NCBI GenBank assembly: GCA_965249135.1 | Contig: OZ252220.1 | Coordinates: forward strand, 1,856,001 to 1,920,000 | Direction of reading: 5' to 3' | DNA length: 64,000 nt | Source: Alphaproteobacteria bacterium | GTDB taxonomy: Bacteria; Pseudomonadota; Alphaproteobacteria; GCA-2746255 | Shown here: positions 11,643-22,342 of the stretch, in pieces | Layout of the letters: each line of letters starts with the position of its first letter | How positions within the stretch are numbered: the stretch's first letter is position 1 | Program-made: the position numbers and the translations under genes | Notes under the pieces: generated by a model | Told to the model about the DNA's origin: nothing | Database searches by the model: none | What the model saw: the letters and a program-made list of their open reading frames with translations, nothing else

Positions 11643-12986
11643 ATGGCATCCCTGAAGGAGCCAGCCGCGCTTCTAGAAACCATCTTGAAGAAAGCAAGGG
11701 GCCTTGGTGCAAGTGCGGCCGATGCACTTCTTGTCGAGCATGTGGGCCTTTCCGTTCCGTACCGCCTTGGCCGTTCGGAAGGGATCGAGCGAGCGGAAAG
11801 CACGGATCTTGGTTTAAGGGTCTTTGTCGGCCACCGGCAGGCGGTCGTTTCGACGACGGACCTTTCCGAGGCTTCGCTCGACATGTTGGTGGAGCGCTCG
11901 CTTGCCATGGCGAAAACGGTGCCGGAGGATTCCTTTTGCGGCCTGGCCGACCCGCAAGAACTGGCCAACGAATTTCCGGATCTCGACCTCGCCGATCCGA
12001 CGGAGCCGTCCCCGCAAGAATTGATGCGGCGGGCAAAGACGGCAGAGGAGGCCGCCCTTGCCGTTAAGGGTGTCACGAATTCGGAAGGGGCGGAAGCCGG
12101 CTGGCAGCGCAATTGCGTGACGCTCCTCAGCACAAACGGGTTTAGCGGGCATTACACCGTGACGCGTTCGGGCATCGCTGCTTCCGTGCTGGCGGGCACG
12201 GGCACGGAAATGGAGCGGGATTACGAATACGCGAGCGCCCATCATACGCAAGACCTGGAATCGCCGGAAGTCATCGGCAGACAGGCCGGCGAGCGCGCGG
12301 TCAGGCGGCTGCATCCGCGAAAAGTGCAATCGGCCGCCGTCCCCATCGTCTATGAACCACGGGTCGCCAACAGCCTGCTGCATCATTTCGCTTCCGCGAT
12401 CAACGGCTCTGCGATTGCACGCGGCACGAGCTTCTTGAAAGATTGTCTGGGTGGGCGCGTCTTCCCGGAGGGCGTGTCCATCGTCGATGACCCCCACCGT
12501 CCGCGTGGTCTTGCCTCGCGGCCTTTCGATGGCGAGGGGGTGCAGAACCAGCGCCGCTATCTCGTCAAGGACGGCATGCTAGAAACCTGGCTGCTGGACG
12601 TCCGTTCGGCCCGTCAACTCGGCCTCCACTCGACCGGTCATGCGGCAAGAGGCATTTCCTCGCCGCCGTCTCCGGCCCCTACGAATCTCTATCTCGAGCC
12701 AGGAAGGGTGAGCCGTGAATCACTGCTTGGCGATATCGGGGAAGGCCTTCTCGTGACGGAGCTGATCGGCATGGGGGTGAACGGGGTTACCGGCGACTAC
12801 AGTCGGGGAGCAGCCGGTTTCTGGATCGAAAAGGGCGAAGTCGTCTATCCGGTAGGCGAGATCACGATTGCCGGGAATTTGCGCGAGATGTTTCAGAACG
12901 TAACGGCGGCCAACGACCTTGAATTTCGTCATGGGACAGATGCGCCGACGCTTCGGGTCGATGGAATGATGGTCGCCGGCGTCTGA
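11643..12986 (+). CDS. pmbA: TldD/PmbA family protein (PmbA/TldE type)
   Basis: MERDY, RGTSFL, SRPFDGEG, GVNGVTGDYSRGA.GF, EITIAGNL. Confidence 0.9.
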   Translation: MASLKEPAALLETILKKARGLGASAADALLVEHVGLSVPYRLGRSEGIERAESTDLGLRVFVGHRQAVVSTTDLSEASLDMLVERSLAMAKTVPEDSFCGLADPQELANEFPDLDLADPTEPSPQELMRRAKTAEEAALAVKGVTNSEGAEAGWQRNCVTLLSTNGFSGHYTVTRSGIAASVLAGTGTEMERDYEYASAHHTQDLESPEVIGRQAGERAVRRLHPRKVQSAAVPIVYEPRVANSLLHHFASAINGSAIARGTSFLKDCLGGRVFPEGVSIVDDPHRPRGLASRPFDGEGVQNQRRYLVKDGMLETWLLDVRSARQLGLHSTGHAARGISSPPSPAPTNLYLEPGRVSRESLLGDIGEGLLVTELIGMGVNGVTGDYSRGAAGFWIEKGEVVYPVGEITIAGNLREMFQNVTAANDLEFRHGTDAPTLRVDGMMVAGV

Positions 12987-13043
12987 GGGGACCGGTGGTG
13001 GTCGCCAGCGGGCGGGCATGCTATCTTCCGTGATACTTCGCAT

Positions 13044-14855
13044 GTGAATCACACGAAAATGGCCCCTCCACCCTTGAAGCTGGATGAAACGACGCTGGCG
13101 CTTGTGCGCCGGCTTTTTCGGGAAAGCATCCGGCCGTACGTCTGGCGGCTCACCGCCGCCACTTTCTTCATGGTCCTGGTTGCAGGAGCCACGGCGGCAA
13201 ACGCCTGGATCATGCAGCCGGTCCTGGACGACGTGTTCCTGAATCAGGATCAGCTTATGTTGATCCTTGTTCCGATCGCGATTCTTGTGATCGCGGCGGT
13301 GAAGGGATTCTCGACCTACGGTCAGGCGATCCTGATGAATTTCGTCGGCCAGCGGATCATCGCGAACATCCAGGTTCGGATGTATGCGCATTTGATTCGG
13401 GCGGACCTTGCTTTCTTTCACGACACGTCGACCGGCACGCTGGTTTCCCGTTTTACCCACGACCTGCAGTTGTTGCGCGTTGCGGTGGCAAACGCGCTTA
13501 CCGGCATGGTGAAGGATTCGCTGACGCTCGTCTTTCTCGTGGGGGTCATGTTTTATCAGGATTGGACCCTCGCGCTGATTACGTTCTTCATCTACCCGGC
13601 GGCCGCTTTTCCGATCATTCGCGTCGGCCGACGGATGCGCAAGATCTCGACCGGCATGCAACAGGCGGTGGGCAGGCTGACCTCGCTTCTGGATGAAACC
13701 TTCCAAGGCACGCGGCACGTCAAGGCTTACGGAATGGAGGACTATGAGACGGGGCGCGCCGCCGACATCGTCGAAGACGTCTTCGGGCTTACCTTCAAAT
13801 CGACGAAAGTCCGGAACGTCGTCCATCCGGTGATGGAACTCCTGGGCAGTTGCGGCATCGCCTTCGTCGTCTTCTATGGAGGGAGCCAGGTGATTTCGGG
13901 AACGACGACGCCGGGCGCCTTCTTCTCGTTCATCGCCGCGTTGCTGATGGCCTATCAACCGATGAAAAGCATTGCCAATCTGAACGCGACCCTTCAGGAG
14001 GGGCTTGCGGCGGCGACGCGGGTCTTCACGCTGCTGGATCTTGAGCCGGACATCCGGGACCGGTCCGGCGCCAAACCACTTGAGGTGAACGGCGGAACAA
14101 TCGCCTTCGAAGACGTCCACTTCGCCTATGGGAAGGAAAGCCCGGCGCTGCATGGGGTGAGCCTCCGCGTGCCGGCCGGCAAAACGGCCGCCCTTGTCGG
14201 CCCGTCTGGCAGCGGGAAATCCACCATCTTGAACCTGATCCCTCGTTTCTACGACGTCGATAAAGGCCATGTGCAAATCGATGGCCAGGACATTCGTGAG
14301 ATCACGGTTTCGAGCCTGAGGGGGGCGATTGCGCTCGTCAGTCAGGAAATTGGCCTGTTCGACGACACGGTGCGGGCGAATATCCTCTATGGTCGGCCGG
14401 ACGCGACGGAAGCCGAGATCGCGCAGGCAGCAGCGGGGGCGGCGGCCGACGAGTTTATTCGCAAGCTGCCGGAGGGCTATGACACGGTCATCGGGGAACG
14501 CGGCGTGAAGCTTTCCGGGGGTCAGCGCCAGCGCATCGAAATTGCCCGCGCCATGCTTCGCAATGCCCCGATCCTGCTCCTCGACGAGGCGACATCGGCG
14601 CTCGATACCGAATCGGAACGCCAAGTTCAGTCGGCATTGCAGCGGTTAAAGGAAGGGCGAACAACCATCGTCATCGCGCACCGACTTTCCACCGTCCAGG
14701 ATGCCGACATCATCTATGTGGTCACGGCGGGCCGTATCGTCGAAGAGGGATCGCACACCGAGCTTCTAGCTCGGAATGGAACCTATGCGCGACTCTACGC
14801 CCTTCAATTCGAAGGCGCAGCGGCGATCGAGAACCAGACCCTAGCGCAGGCGTGA
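13044..14855 (+). CDS. msbA: MsbA-like ABC exporter, permease plus ATPase (start may be ATG 13059)
   Basis: Multi-TM N-domain, GPSGSGKST, LSGGQRQR, LLLDEATSALD, IAHRLST; heads the waaA-lpxK cluster. Confidence 0.85.
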   Translation: MNHTKMAPPPLKLDETTLALVRRLFRESIRPYVWRLTAATFFMVLVAGATAANAWIMQPVLDDVFLNQDQLMLILVPIAILVIAAVKGFSTYGQAILMNFVGQRIIANIQVRMYAHLIRADLAFFHDTSTGTLVSRFTHDLQLLRVAVANALTGMVKDSLTLVFLVGVMFYQDWTLALITFFIYPAAAFPIIRVGRRMRKISTGMQQAVGRLTSLLDETFQGTRHVKAYGMEDYETGRAADIVEDVFGLTFKSTKVRNVVHPVMELLGSCGIAFVVFYGGSQVISGTTTPGAFFSFIAALLMAYQPMKSIANLNATLQEGLAAATRVFTLLDLEPDIRDRSGAKPLEVNGGTIAFEDVHFAYGKESPALHGVSLRVPAGKTAALVGPSGSGKSTILNLIPRFYDVDKGHVQIDGQDIREITVSSLRGAIALVSQEIGLFDDTVRANILYGRPDATEAEIAQAAAGAAADEFIRKLPEGYDTVIGERGVKLSGGQRQRIEIARAMLRNAPILLLDEATSALDTESERQVQSALQRLKEGRTTIVIAHRLSTVQDADIIYVVTAGRIVEEGSHTELLARNGTYARLYALQFEGAAAIENQTLAQA

Positions 14856-14859
14856 TTCG

Positions 14860-15567
14860 GTGCGGCTTCGAAAGCGGCTTTTAGATTTTGACTTCGTTCA
14901 GCGTCTGCTAGGCGCGTTGATTGCGTTTTACATTTTCTTCGTCTATCGGACGAGCCATTGGTCCGTCGAGGGAAGGGAACACCCGCAGCCCTTCTGGGAT
15001 TCCGGCAAGAATTTCATCGTGTGCTTCTGGCATGGGCGGATGCTGATGCTGGGGTATGCGTGGGAAAGCCAGCGTCCCTACACGCAGCTGAACTCCGGCC
15101 ATCGGGACGGAATCATCAGTATCCGGGCGCAGGCGCATTTCGGGGCACGCACGGTGATCGGATCGGCGACCGTCGCGGCGCTGACGGCGTTTCGCGGCCT
15201 CCTCAAGACGGTGCGTTCCGGCGAGACGATCGGCATCACGCCGGACGGCCCCCATGGTCCACGCATGCGTGCAAAGCCAGGCATCGTGACGATTGCCAGC
15301 AAGACCGGCGTGCCGATCCTGCCGCTCGCTTTCTCCGCCAAGCGGTCTAAGACGCTGTCAAGCTGGGACCGGTTCATCCTTCCCTATCCTTTTACCCGTG
15401 GCCATTTTGCATGGGGTGAGCCGATCCACGTGCCGAAGGACCTGGATGAGGAAGCGCTCGAAGCCACCCGGCAGCTCGTGGAGGATCGGCTCTATGCGCT
15501 TACGGTTGCGGCGGATGCAAAATATGGCCGCCCGCCGATTCCCCAAGCCGAGGAGGCGGACGTCTGA
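14860..15567 (+). CDS. DUF374 lysophospholipid acyltransferase family protein (LpxJ-like)
   Basis: FWHGR, S.HRDG, ITPDGPHGP, SWDRFILPYPF; lipid A gene context. Confidence 0.85.
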   Translation: MRLRKRLLDFDFVQRLLGALIAFYIFFVYRTSHWSVEGREHPQPFWDSGKNFIVCFWHGRMLMLGYAWESQRPYTQLNSGHRDGIISIRAQAHFGARTVIGSATVAALTAFRGLLKTVRSGETIGITPDGPHGPRMRAKPGIVTIASKTGVPILPLAFSAKRSKTLSSWDRFILPYPFTRGHFAWGEPIHVPKDLDEEALEATRQLVEDRLYALTVAADAKYGRPPIPQAEEADV

Positions 15568-15569
15568 CG

Positions 15570-16862
15570 GTGTTTTTCCTTTACCGCGCAGCGACGGTCC
15601 TTGGTGCTCCTGGCGTTCGCCTGTACCTGCGTTGGCGCCTCCGCAGAGGGAAAGAGGATCGCGCGCGGCTGCCGGAGCGCCTCGGCTTTGCCTCCATTCC
15701 GCGACCGGCCGGGCCACTCGTTTGGGTCCATGCGGCAAGTGTCGGCGAATCCCTTTCCATCCTGCCGCTTGTAAGCCGGCTTCGCAAGGAGGCGTCGGCA
15801 CCACGGGTCCTGGTGACGACCGGGACGGTGACCTCGGCGAAGCTGATGGCGGAGCGGCTACCGGAAGGAGCCTTTCACCAGTTCTCGCCGGTCGATCTGC
15901 CGACGGCAGTGCTGCGTTTTCTCGATCACTGGCGGCCCGACCTCGTGCTTTGGGTCGAGTCGGAATTTTGGCCGAACCTGCTTTCCGAGTTTCGGGGTCG
16001 CGGGCTTCCGGCGGTCCTTGTGAATGCCAGGCTTTCGGACCGTTCCTTTCGGGGTTGGCGACGGCTTGCCGGCTTTGCGGCGGAACTCCTCGCGAGCTTC
16101 CGGCTTTCCCTTGCTCAGAGCGAGGAGACAGCGGACCGTCTTCGCAGCCTTGGCGGCACGAATATCGAATGCGTCGGCAATCTGAAATACGCCGCCGATC
16201 CATTGCCGGCGAAGGGCGACGCGTTGGCAGCGGTCCAGGGCGAACTCAAAGGCCGGCCCTGCTGGCTTGCGGCAAGCGTCCATCCCAGAGAAGAGCAGGT
16301 GGCGGCACGGGTCCACCGCGGGCTTAAGGCCCGCTATCCGGGTCTTCTCACCGTTGTCGTGCCGCGTCATCCGACCCTGGGCCTGAAGATGGCAGCGAGC
16401 TTACATGCCCAGGGCCTCACGATTGCCCGACGGGCCGCCGGCGATGCCATCACGGCGGAGACGGACGTCTACCTCGCCGATACGCTGGGAGAGCTCGGCC
16501 TCTTCTATCGCCTCGCACCCGTCGTCTTCGTCGGCGGGTCCCTGGTGCCCCATGGCGGGCAGAACCTGCTGGAGCCGGCACGGCTGGATTGCGCGATCCT
16601 CCACGGCCCCCACATTGAAAACTTCACCCACATCGCCGAGGCGCTAGCTGGGGCAGAGGCGGCCTGGCAAGTTGCGGACGCGGACGGCCTGGCGACGGCG
16701 GTCGATTCCCTGCTGAAGGACCCCGAGCGGGGGCTACGCATGGCAGCGGCGGCGAAACGAGTGGCCGAAGGCGAGGCGGGTGTCCTCGACCGCATCCTCG
16801 AGAAACTCGCGCCCTTTCTCGAGACGCCGGCCGAGCGGCGGGGGGAAGGCCCCCATGCGTAG
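15570..16862 (+). CDS. waaA: 3-deoxy-D-manno-octulosonic acid (Kdo) transferase
   Basis: WVHAASVGE, ESEFWPN, NARLS.RS, VPRHP, DTLGELG, GGQNLLEPA. Confidence 0.96.
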   Translation: MFFLYRAATVLGAPGVRLYLRWRLRRGKEDRARLPERLGFASIPRPAGPLVWVHAASVGESLSILPLVSRLRKEASAPRVLVTTGTVTSAKLMAERLPEGAFHQFSPVDLPTAVLRFLDHWRPDLVLWVESEFWPNLLSEFRGRGLPAVLVNARLSDRSFRGWRRLAGFAAELLASFRLSLAQSEETADRLRSLGGTNIECVGNLKYAADPLPAKGDALAAVQGELKGRPCWLAASVHPREEQVAARVHRGLKARYPGLLTVVVPRHPTLGLKMAASLHAQGLTIARRAAGDAITAETDVYLADTLGELGLFYRLAPVVFVGGSLVPHGGQNLLEPARLDCAILHGPHIENFTHIAEALAGAEAAWQVADADGLATAVDSLLKDPERGLRMAAAAKRVAEGEAGVLDRILEKLAPFLETPAERRGEGPHA

Positions 16863-17829
16863 CCCCCGCTTCTGGGAGACGGAGGGCTGGTTCTCCGCGG
16901 TCCTTGTCCCCCTTGGCCTGCTCTGGGCAACTGGGGCCCGCCTGCATCGTACCCTCGCCAAGCCCTACCTGGCAGCCATACCCGTGATCTGCGTTGGCAA
17001 TCTGGTCGTGGGAGGGACCGGGAAAACACCCGTAACCATTGCAATCGCTGAGTATTTAAAGGATCAAGGCATGACACCGCATGTGCTGAGCCGCGGGTAT
17101 GGCGGTAGTGCCTGGGGCCCTACCCGGGTCGATTCCCAACGCCATGACGCCGCCGATGTGGGCGATGAAGCGCTGCTGTTGGCCGCCGTGGCGCCGACTT
17201 GGGTCGGCGGGGACCGGGCCGCCTCGGCGCGGGCCGCCGAAGCAGCGGGTGCCGCCTGCCTCCTTCTGGATGACGGTCTTCAGAACCCGACCCTGGAAAA
17301 GGATCTATCGCTGATCGTCGTCGACGGCGGCTATGGCTTCGGCAACGGCCGCTTGGTGCCGGCGGGTCCCTTGCGGGAGCCGATCAAGGAAGGCTTGAGG
17401 CGGGCCGGCGCCGTCGTGCTGGTAGGAAGGGACGAGGCGCGTGTCGAACAAACCCTCGCCAGCCGGGTGCCGGTTCTCCGTGGCCGCCTGGTGCCGACCG
17501 GCTCGCTGGAGGCGCTTGCCGACAAGCGCGTGCTTGCCTTTGCCGGCATCGGTCGGCCGGAAAAGTTTTTCGAAATGCTCCGCGAGGCCGGCCTAAGGGT
17601 CGCGCAGGCGCATGGGTTTGCGGACCATCACCCCTATCGCAAGGCGGAGATCGAGGCGCTCCTCGAGACCGCGGCGGCGCTGGATGCCGTGCCGGTGACG
17701 ACGGCAAAGGATGCCATGCGGCTGCCGGCCGGCCTTCGCGAACGCGTCCATGTCATCCCGGTTTGCTTCCTCTGGGAGGACGCCGACGCCATCGCGGCCC
17801 TACTGCGTCCGGTGCTGCCCAACGCTTAG
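16855..17829 (+). CDS. lpxK: Tetraacyldisaccharide 4'-kinase (start placed at MRSPRFW)
   Basis: VICVGNLVVGGTGKTP, SRGYGG, GDE, LDDGLQ, PAGPLRE, FADHH, TTAKD. Confidence 0.96.
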   Translation: MRSPRFWETEGWFSAVLVPLGLLWATGARLHRTLAKPYLAAIPVICVGNLVVGGTGKTPVTIAIAEYLKDQGMTPHVLSRGYGGSAWGPTRVDSQRHDAADVGDEALLLAAVAPTWVGGDRAASARAAEAAGAACLLLDDGLQNPTLEKDLSLIVVDGGYGFGNGRLVPAGPLREPIKEGLRRAGAVVLVGRDEARVEQTLASRVPVLRGRLVPTGSLEALADKRVLAFAGIGRPEKFFEMLREAGLRVAQAHGFADHHPYRKAEIEALLETAAALDAVPVTTAKDAMRLPAGLRERVHVIPVCFLWEDADAIAALLRPVLPNA

Positions 17830-18665
17830 AGGCGTTTCGGCATCGGCCCCGCGACGAGTTCGGGGTCGACATGGGTCCTGAACCAGTTGACCCCCCAATG
17901 GAGGTGTGGCGCGGTTGCGCGCCCGCTTGCGCCGACCGCACCGATCGGGTCCCCCTTCTTCACGCGGGCCCCCTTCTCGACGTCGATGCGGTCAAGATGG
18001 GCATAGACCGTGAACAGCCCATGGCCATGATCGAGGAGCAGGGTCTTGCCGGTGAAGAACATGTCCGGGTGGCGCCAGGCGACGATGCCGTCCGCTGGCG
18101 CCCGGATCGGGGTGCCCTTCGGAGCGGCGATATCCGTCCCGGAATGAGGGCTTCGCCGTTCGCCGTTCAGGATCCTCTCGCTGCCAAAGACGCCGCTGAT
18201 CCGTCCCACCACCGGCCAGTCGAAGCCGCTCGTGAAGAAGGGCTCGTCGGTGTCCGCTTGGCGGGCCTTCGCAAGGGCTGCGCCCTCGGTCCGGATGCGT
18301 GCGATGTCGGCTTGGGAGGGGGCTACCTTGCCGGCAGGCAGACCATCGATCTTCTCGACGGGGAATTCCCGCTGCTCGATCGGGATCCGCCGGAGCCCGC
18401 CTTTGCCGCTCGGGAAACGGTAGGTCATCAGGACGTGTTGCTTCGCCTTGCGGCCGAAGGCGATGACGAAATGGCCCTCCTTGGAAAGGTGGAGAAACTT
18501 GCCCTCGAAGCGAACCTTCGAGCCAGGCGGAACCTGCCCCGTCACCAGCCCGCCCTGGATGAAGTGCCCCTTGAAATGAAAATCGGGATCGCTATCACCC
18601 TCGGCGGAAGCGGGACCGGCGAATGGCAAAAGCAGAAGCGGCACGAAAAAAAACGCGCGTCGCAT
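17826..18665 (-). CDS. M23 family metallopeptidase with signal peptide
   Basis: HSGTDIAA (HxxxD), DHGHGL.TVYAHL, GRATAPHLHW (HxH). Confidence 0.92.
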   Translation of the reverse strand: MRRAFFFVPLLLLPFAGPASAEGDSDPDFHFKGHFIQGGLVTGQVPPGSKVRFEGKFLHLSKEGHFVIAFGRKAKQHVLMTYRFPSGKGGLRRIPIEQREFPVEKIDGLPAGKVAPSQADIARIRTEGAALAKARQADTDEPFFTSGFDWPVVGRISGVFGSERILNGERRSPHSGTDIAAPKGTPIRAPADGIVAWRHPDMFFTGKTLLLDHGHGLFTVYAHLDRIDVEKGARVKKGDPIGAVGASGRATAPHLHWGVNWFRTHVDPELVAGPMPKRL

Positions 18666-19957
18666 CAAAAAAGTTCTCCCTGTCCCGCCTTTCGCCGCGG
18701 GGATTTCTTCGTCACCTTCGCCTTTTTTGTTTTCGCCTTGTCGATGACGGCGCCCACCTCGCCGTCTTGGAAGCGAATCCCAACCCCCATCCCGGGCTTG
18801 GTTTCCTGTACCGAAGTCACCGGCTCGCCCTCAGGGTCGCGAACCAGCGCAAAGCCGCGTTCGAGCACCCGTGTGTAGGAAAGGCTTTCGATCAGGCGAT
18901 CGAGGCCATGGAGGCGGGTTTGTTGCGTGGCGAGGTTTTGGGTCATGGCGTTCTTCATGCGGTCCGTCCACTCGTCCAGACGTTGGGCCGCCATCTCGAG
19001 AAGGGATTTCGGGTCGATCAATCCGCGGACCAGCACCTTCAGATGCGTGCGGTGGGTTTCCAAATAACGCTCCATCGTTCCCACCAGGCGGCGCGCATGG
19101 TCAAGCACATCCTCCAGCAGTTCGGCGCGCACCGGGACCGCCATCTCGGCCGCCGCCGTCGGCGTCGGTGCGCGCACATCGGCGGCGTAGTCGATGAGCG
19201 TCGTGTCCGTCTCATGGCCGACGGCCGAGATCAGCGGGATCTTCGAGGCCGCCGTTGCCCGCACGACGATTTCCTCATTGAACGCCCAAAGGTCCTCGAG
19301 GCTGCCACCACCGCGTGCGACGATGAGCATATCGGGTCGGGGCAGTTTTCCGCCCTTCTTCAGCCGGTTGAATCCTGCGATCGCGGCGGCGATTTCTTTT
19401 GCCGCCCCTTCGCCCTGCACGAGCACGGGCCAAAGCAAGACGGGGCGGGGAAATCGATCGTTCAGCCGATGCAGGATGTCCTGGATGACGGCGCCGGTCG
19501 GCGAGGTGACGACCCCGATCCGCTCCGGCAAATAGGGAAGGGGTTGCTTGCGCGTGTCATCGAACAGGCCCTCTTCGGCGAGTTTCTTCCGCCGTTCCTC
19601 GAGCAGCTTCAGGAGCGCCCCTTCGCCGGCCACCTCCATCTCCTCGACCACGATCTGGTAGCGCGATCGCCCCGGATAGGTCGTGATCCGGCCGGTGCAG
19701 ATAACCTCGAGCCCGTCCGCCGGTTTCGTGGCGAGCGTGGTGCCCCGCCAGCAGACGACATCGAGCACCGCCTTTTCGTCCTTGAGTGCGAAGTAAAGGT
19801 GGCCGGAGGCAGCGCGTTTGAAACCGGAAATCTCGCCACGCACCCGGACCTGACCGAAGGCCTCCTCAACGGTCCGTTTGAGGGCCAGCGAAAGCTCGCT
19901 TACGCTGAATTCGACGAGGGTATGTTCGGGCGCGGATTCGGGCGAATTGTTCGTCAT
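18665..19957 (-). CDS. xseA: Exodeoxyribonuclease VII large subunit (start placed at MTNNSP)
   Basis: [55 protein letters not shown]. Confidence 0.96.
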   Translation of the reverse strand: MTNNSPESAPEHTLVEFSVSELSLALKRTVEEAFGQVRVRGEISGFKRAASGHLYFALKDEKAVLDVVCWRGTTLATKPADGLEVICTGRITTYPGRSRYQIVVEEMEVAGEGALLKLLEERRKKLAEEGLFDDTRKQPLPYLPERIGVVTSPTGAVIQDILHRLNDRFPRPVLLWPVLVQGEGAAKEIAAAIAGFNRLKKGGKLPRPDMLIVARGGGSLEDLWAFNEEIVVRATAASKIPLISAVGHETDTTLIDYAADVRAPTPTAAAEMAVPVRAELLEDVLDHARRLVGTMERYLETHRTHLKVLVRGLIDPKSLLEMAAQRLDEWTDRMKNAMTQNLATQQTRLHGLDRLIESLSYTRVLERGFALVRDPEGEPVTSVQETKPGMGVGIRFQDGEVGAVIDKAKTKKAKVTKKSPRRKAGQGELF

Positions 19958-20019
19958 GGGTTCCGATGATATCAAGAGGCCTGCCCCAGTGGAACGCGCA
20001 GGTCGAAGGACGAGGGAGG

Positions 20020-21315
20020 ATGACGGCAATACGTAGACTGCCCGGTCGCGTTCTTTTGGTGGGCGGCGGTGGGCGCGAGCATGCCCTGGCCCGGGCAATG
20101 GTGAACTCTCCGCTTTGTGAGGCCCTTTATTGCGCGCCAGGCAATGCCGGTATCGCGCAAGTGGCACGTTGTGTGCCCATCAAGGCGGACGATGTGGAGG
20201 GCATCGTGCGTTTCGCGAAAGAGGAGGAAATTGTCTTCGTCGTCGTCGGGCCGGAGGCGCCGCTTGTCCTTGGACTCGTCGATGTGCTGGAAGCGGCGAG
20301 CATCCCCGCCTTCGGTCCCGATCGCAAGGCCGCCCGGCTCGAGGGATCGAAAGGCTTCATGAAGGATATCTGCGAGAAATATGCGATCCCCACGGCGGCC
20401 TATGCGCGTTTTCAGGATGTCGTGGCGGCGAAGGCCTACCTTCACGCCCATGGCGCGCCGATCGTCATCAAGGCGGATGGGCTGGCCGCCGGGAAGGGAG
20501 TGACGGTTGCCCGGACGCTTAAGGAGGCGGAAGCCGCCGTCGAGAAAGCGCTCGTCAAAGGATGTTTTGGTGAGGCCGGCCGCGAAATCGTCATCGAAGA
20601 GCTTCTCGAGGGTGAGGAAGCGAGCTTCTTCGCGCTGGTCGATGGGGAACATGTATTGCCGTTGATTGCCGCTCAGGATCACAAGGCGGTCGGCGACGGC
20701 GATACGGGCCCCAATACCGGCGGCATGGGCGCCTACTCGCCGGTGCCAGTGGTGACGGCCGCTCTTGCCTCCGAGATCCTAGACCGAATTTTCCTGCCCG
20801 CCATTCACGGCATGGCGGCAGAAGGCTGCCCTTTCCGCGGCGTGCTCTTCGCCGGCCTGATGATCGGTGAAGCGGGAGTAAAACTTCTCGAATTCAACAT
20901 CCGTTTTGGCGATCCGGAATGCCAAGTCCTGATGGCGCGGCTCGATTCGGACCTCCTGGCCGCTCTTGTTGCCGCCCATGAGGGGCGGTTGAACGAGGTC
21001 ACCTTTCAATGGCGAAAGGAGGCGGCGCTTTGCGTCGTGATGGCCACGAACGGTTATCCGGGCGCCTATGAAAAGGGCACGCCCATTCGCGGGATCGCGG
21101 AGGCGGAAGCGCTTCCCGGCGTCGTCGTCTATCACGCCGGGACGAAAGCCGAAAATGACCAAATCCTCGCCTCCGGCGGGCGTGTGCTTGGCGTCACCGC
21201 GCTCGGTGAGACGATCGAGGCGGCCCAGCGCCGCGCCTATGAAGCGATCGATCGGATCGATTGGCCGGACGGATTCTGCCGTCGCGACATCGGCTGGCGG
21301 GCCGTCGGGCGGTAG
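20020..21315 (+). CDS. purD: Phosphoribosylamine-glycine ligase
   Basis: [53 protein letters not shown]; GGAGG immediately before ATG 20020, so start is approximate. Confidence 0.96.
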   Translation: MTAIRRLPGRVLLVGGGGREHALARAMVNSPLCEALYCAPGNAGIAQVARCVPIKADDVEGIVRFAKEEEIVFVVVGPEAPLVLGLVDVLEAASIPAFGPDRKAARLEGSKGFMKDICEKYAIPTAAYARFQDVVAAKAYLHAHGAPIVIKADGLAAGKGVTVARTLKEAEAAVEKALVKGCFGEAGREIVIEELLEGEEASFFALVDGEHVLPLIAAQDHKAVGDGDTGPNTGGMGAYSPVPVVTAALASEILDRIFLPAIHGMAAEGCPFRGVLFAGLMIGEAGVKLLEFNIRFGDPECQVLMARLDSDLLAALVAAHEGRLNEVTFQWRKEAALCVVMATNGYPGAYEKGTPIRGIAEAEALPGVVVYHAGTKAENDQILASGGRVLGVTALGETIEAAQRRAYEAIDRIDWPDGFCRRDIGWRAVGR

Positions 21316-21325
21316 GGTGCGCCGG

Positions 21326-21739
21326 TCACGCCGCCTTCGCGGCGGCGTCCTTCATCGTCGAGGCAAGCAGCGTATAGGCCTTTGCCCAGGCCGCCTGGAC
21401 TTCCGGCGTGAAGGCATCGCCCAAGCCCTGTCCAAGGGTCCAAAGCAGCGCCTCACCGACCGTGTCGTAGTCTTGCGCCGTCGCGCCGTAACCCATATGC
21501 TGAGTGCCAAGGTCGCGCACGGCGGGTACGATATTATCGAGGTGGTCGAGCCCGTTCACCGCCGTCGCGAGCATCGCCATCAATTTGCGCCCCTGTTCCT
21601 TCATGTCTTGCTTGAAGAGCGACTTTAGCGCTGGGTTGAGTTCGAAGAGGCGCCCGTAAAACATGGCTGCCGCATCTTCGGCAATCGGGGTGACTTTGCG
21701 GAACGTGCTTTGCACGAGTTGGATTTCTTCCGGAGACAT
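21326..21739 (-). CDS. Single-domain globin (flavohaemoglobin-like fold), copy 1
   Basis: FYGRLFE.NP.LK.LF, QGRKLMAML, LGTQH.GYG, YDTVGEALL, AW.KAY. Confidence 0.92.
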   Translation of the reverse strand: MSPEEIQLVQSTFRKVTPIAEDAAAMFYGRLFELNPALKSLFKQDMKEQGRKLMAMLATAVNGLDHLDNIVPAVRDLGTQHMGYGATAQDYDTVGEALLWTLGQGLGDAFTPEVQAAWAKAYTLLASTMKDAAAKAA

Positions 21740-21888
21740 TTCCTCATACTCCTTATGCGTTGTTATTCCGGAAATTTATGGGAACGCACGTTAAAAAAGT
21801 GTAAGGAAAAAGGTATCGTTCGGTTAAGAAGGGATGAAAAAACAGACGATGGCGTGAATCCCATAAGCCTTTTGGCTAGATGCTTTTC

Positions 21889-22305
21889 TTAACGCACGAC
21901 GTCCTTTGCGGCTTCCTTCATGAGGCTCGAGATTTCCGTGTAGGCCTGTTGCCAGGCATCTCGTACCTTCGGCGTAAAGTCGGACCCGAGTTCCAATTCC
22001 AGCATTTCTATCAAGGCCTTACCAAAGGTATCGTAGTCCGAAGGCTTGACGTGGAAACGGACGTGCTGGAAAGCCAGGTTTTCGATGGCGGGCATGATTG
22101 CATAAAGCGCATCGATCGTCTTCGTGATCATTTTAAGCATCGCCATCAGTTTGCGCCCCTGCCTTTTGAGGTCGCCGATAAAAAGTTTGCGCAACGCCGG
22201 ATCAAGCGCAAAGAGCCGTTCGTAAAAGACGGCCGCGACGTGGTCCGTATCCGCCTCAAGTTGCTTGAAGGTTACTTGAACGAGCTTGGTTGCCTCGGGT
22301 GTCAT
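21889..22305 (-). CDS. Single-domain globin, copy 2
   Basis: FYERLFALDP.LRKLF, QGRKLMAML, LAFQHVRFHV, YDTFGKALI, DAWQQAY. Confidence 0.9.
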   Translation of the reverse strand: MTPEATKLVQVTFKQLEADTDHVAAVFYERLFALDPALRKLFIGDLKRQGRKLMAMLKMITKTIDALYAIMPAIENLAFQHVRFHVKPSDYDTFGKALIEMLELELGSDFTPKVRDAWQQAYTEISSLMKEAAKDVVR

Positions 22306-22342
22306 CGGCAGATTGGTTGTTGCCTTTTATTTTCGATGCGTA

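Noticed and set aside
12720-14624. Long antisense ORFs (also 1226-2389, 7004-8212, 18623-19969, 25525-26778, 54352-55584)
   Set aside because: Shadow ORFs opposite well-supported genes, expected in high-GC DNA; no recognisable motifs.
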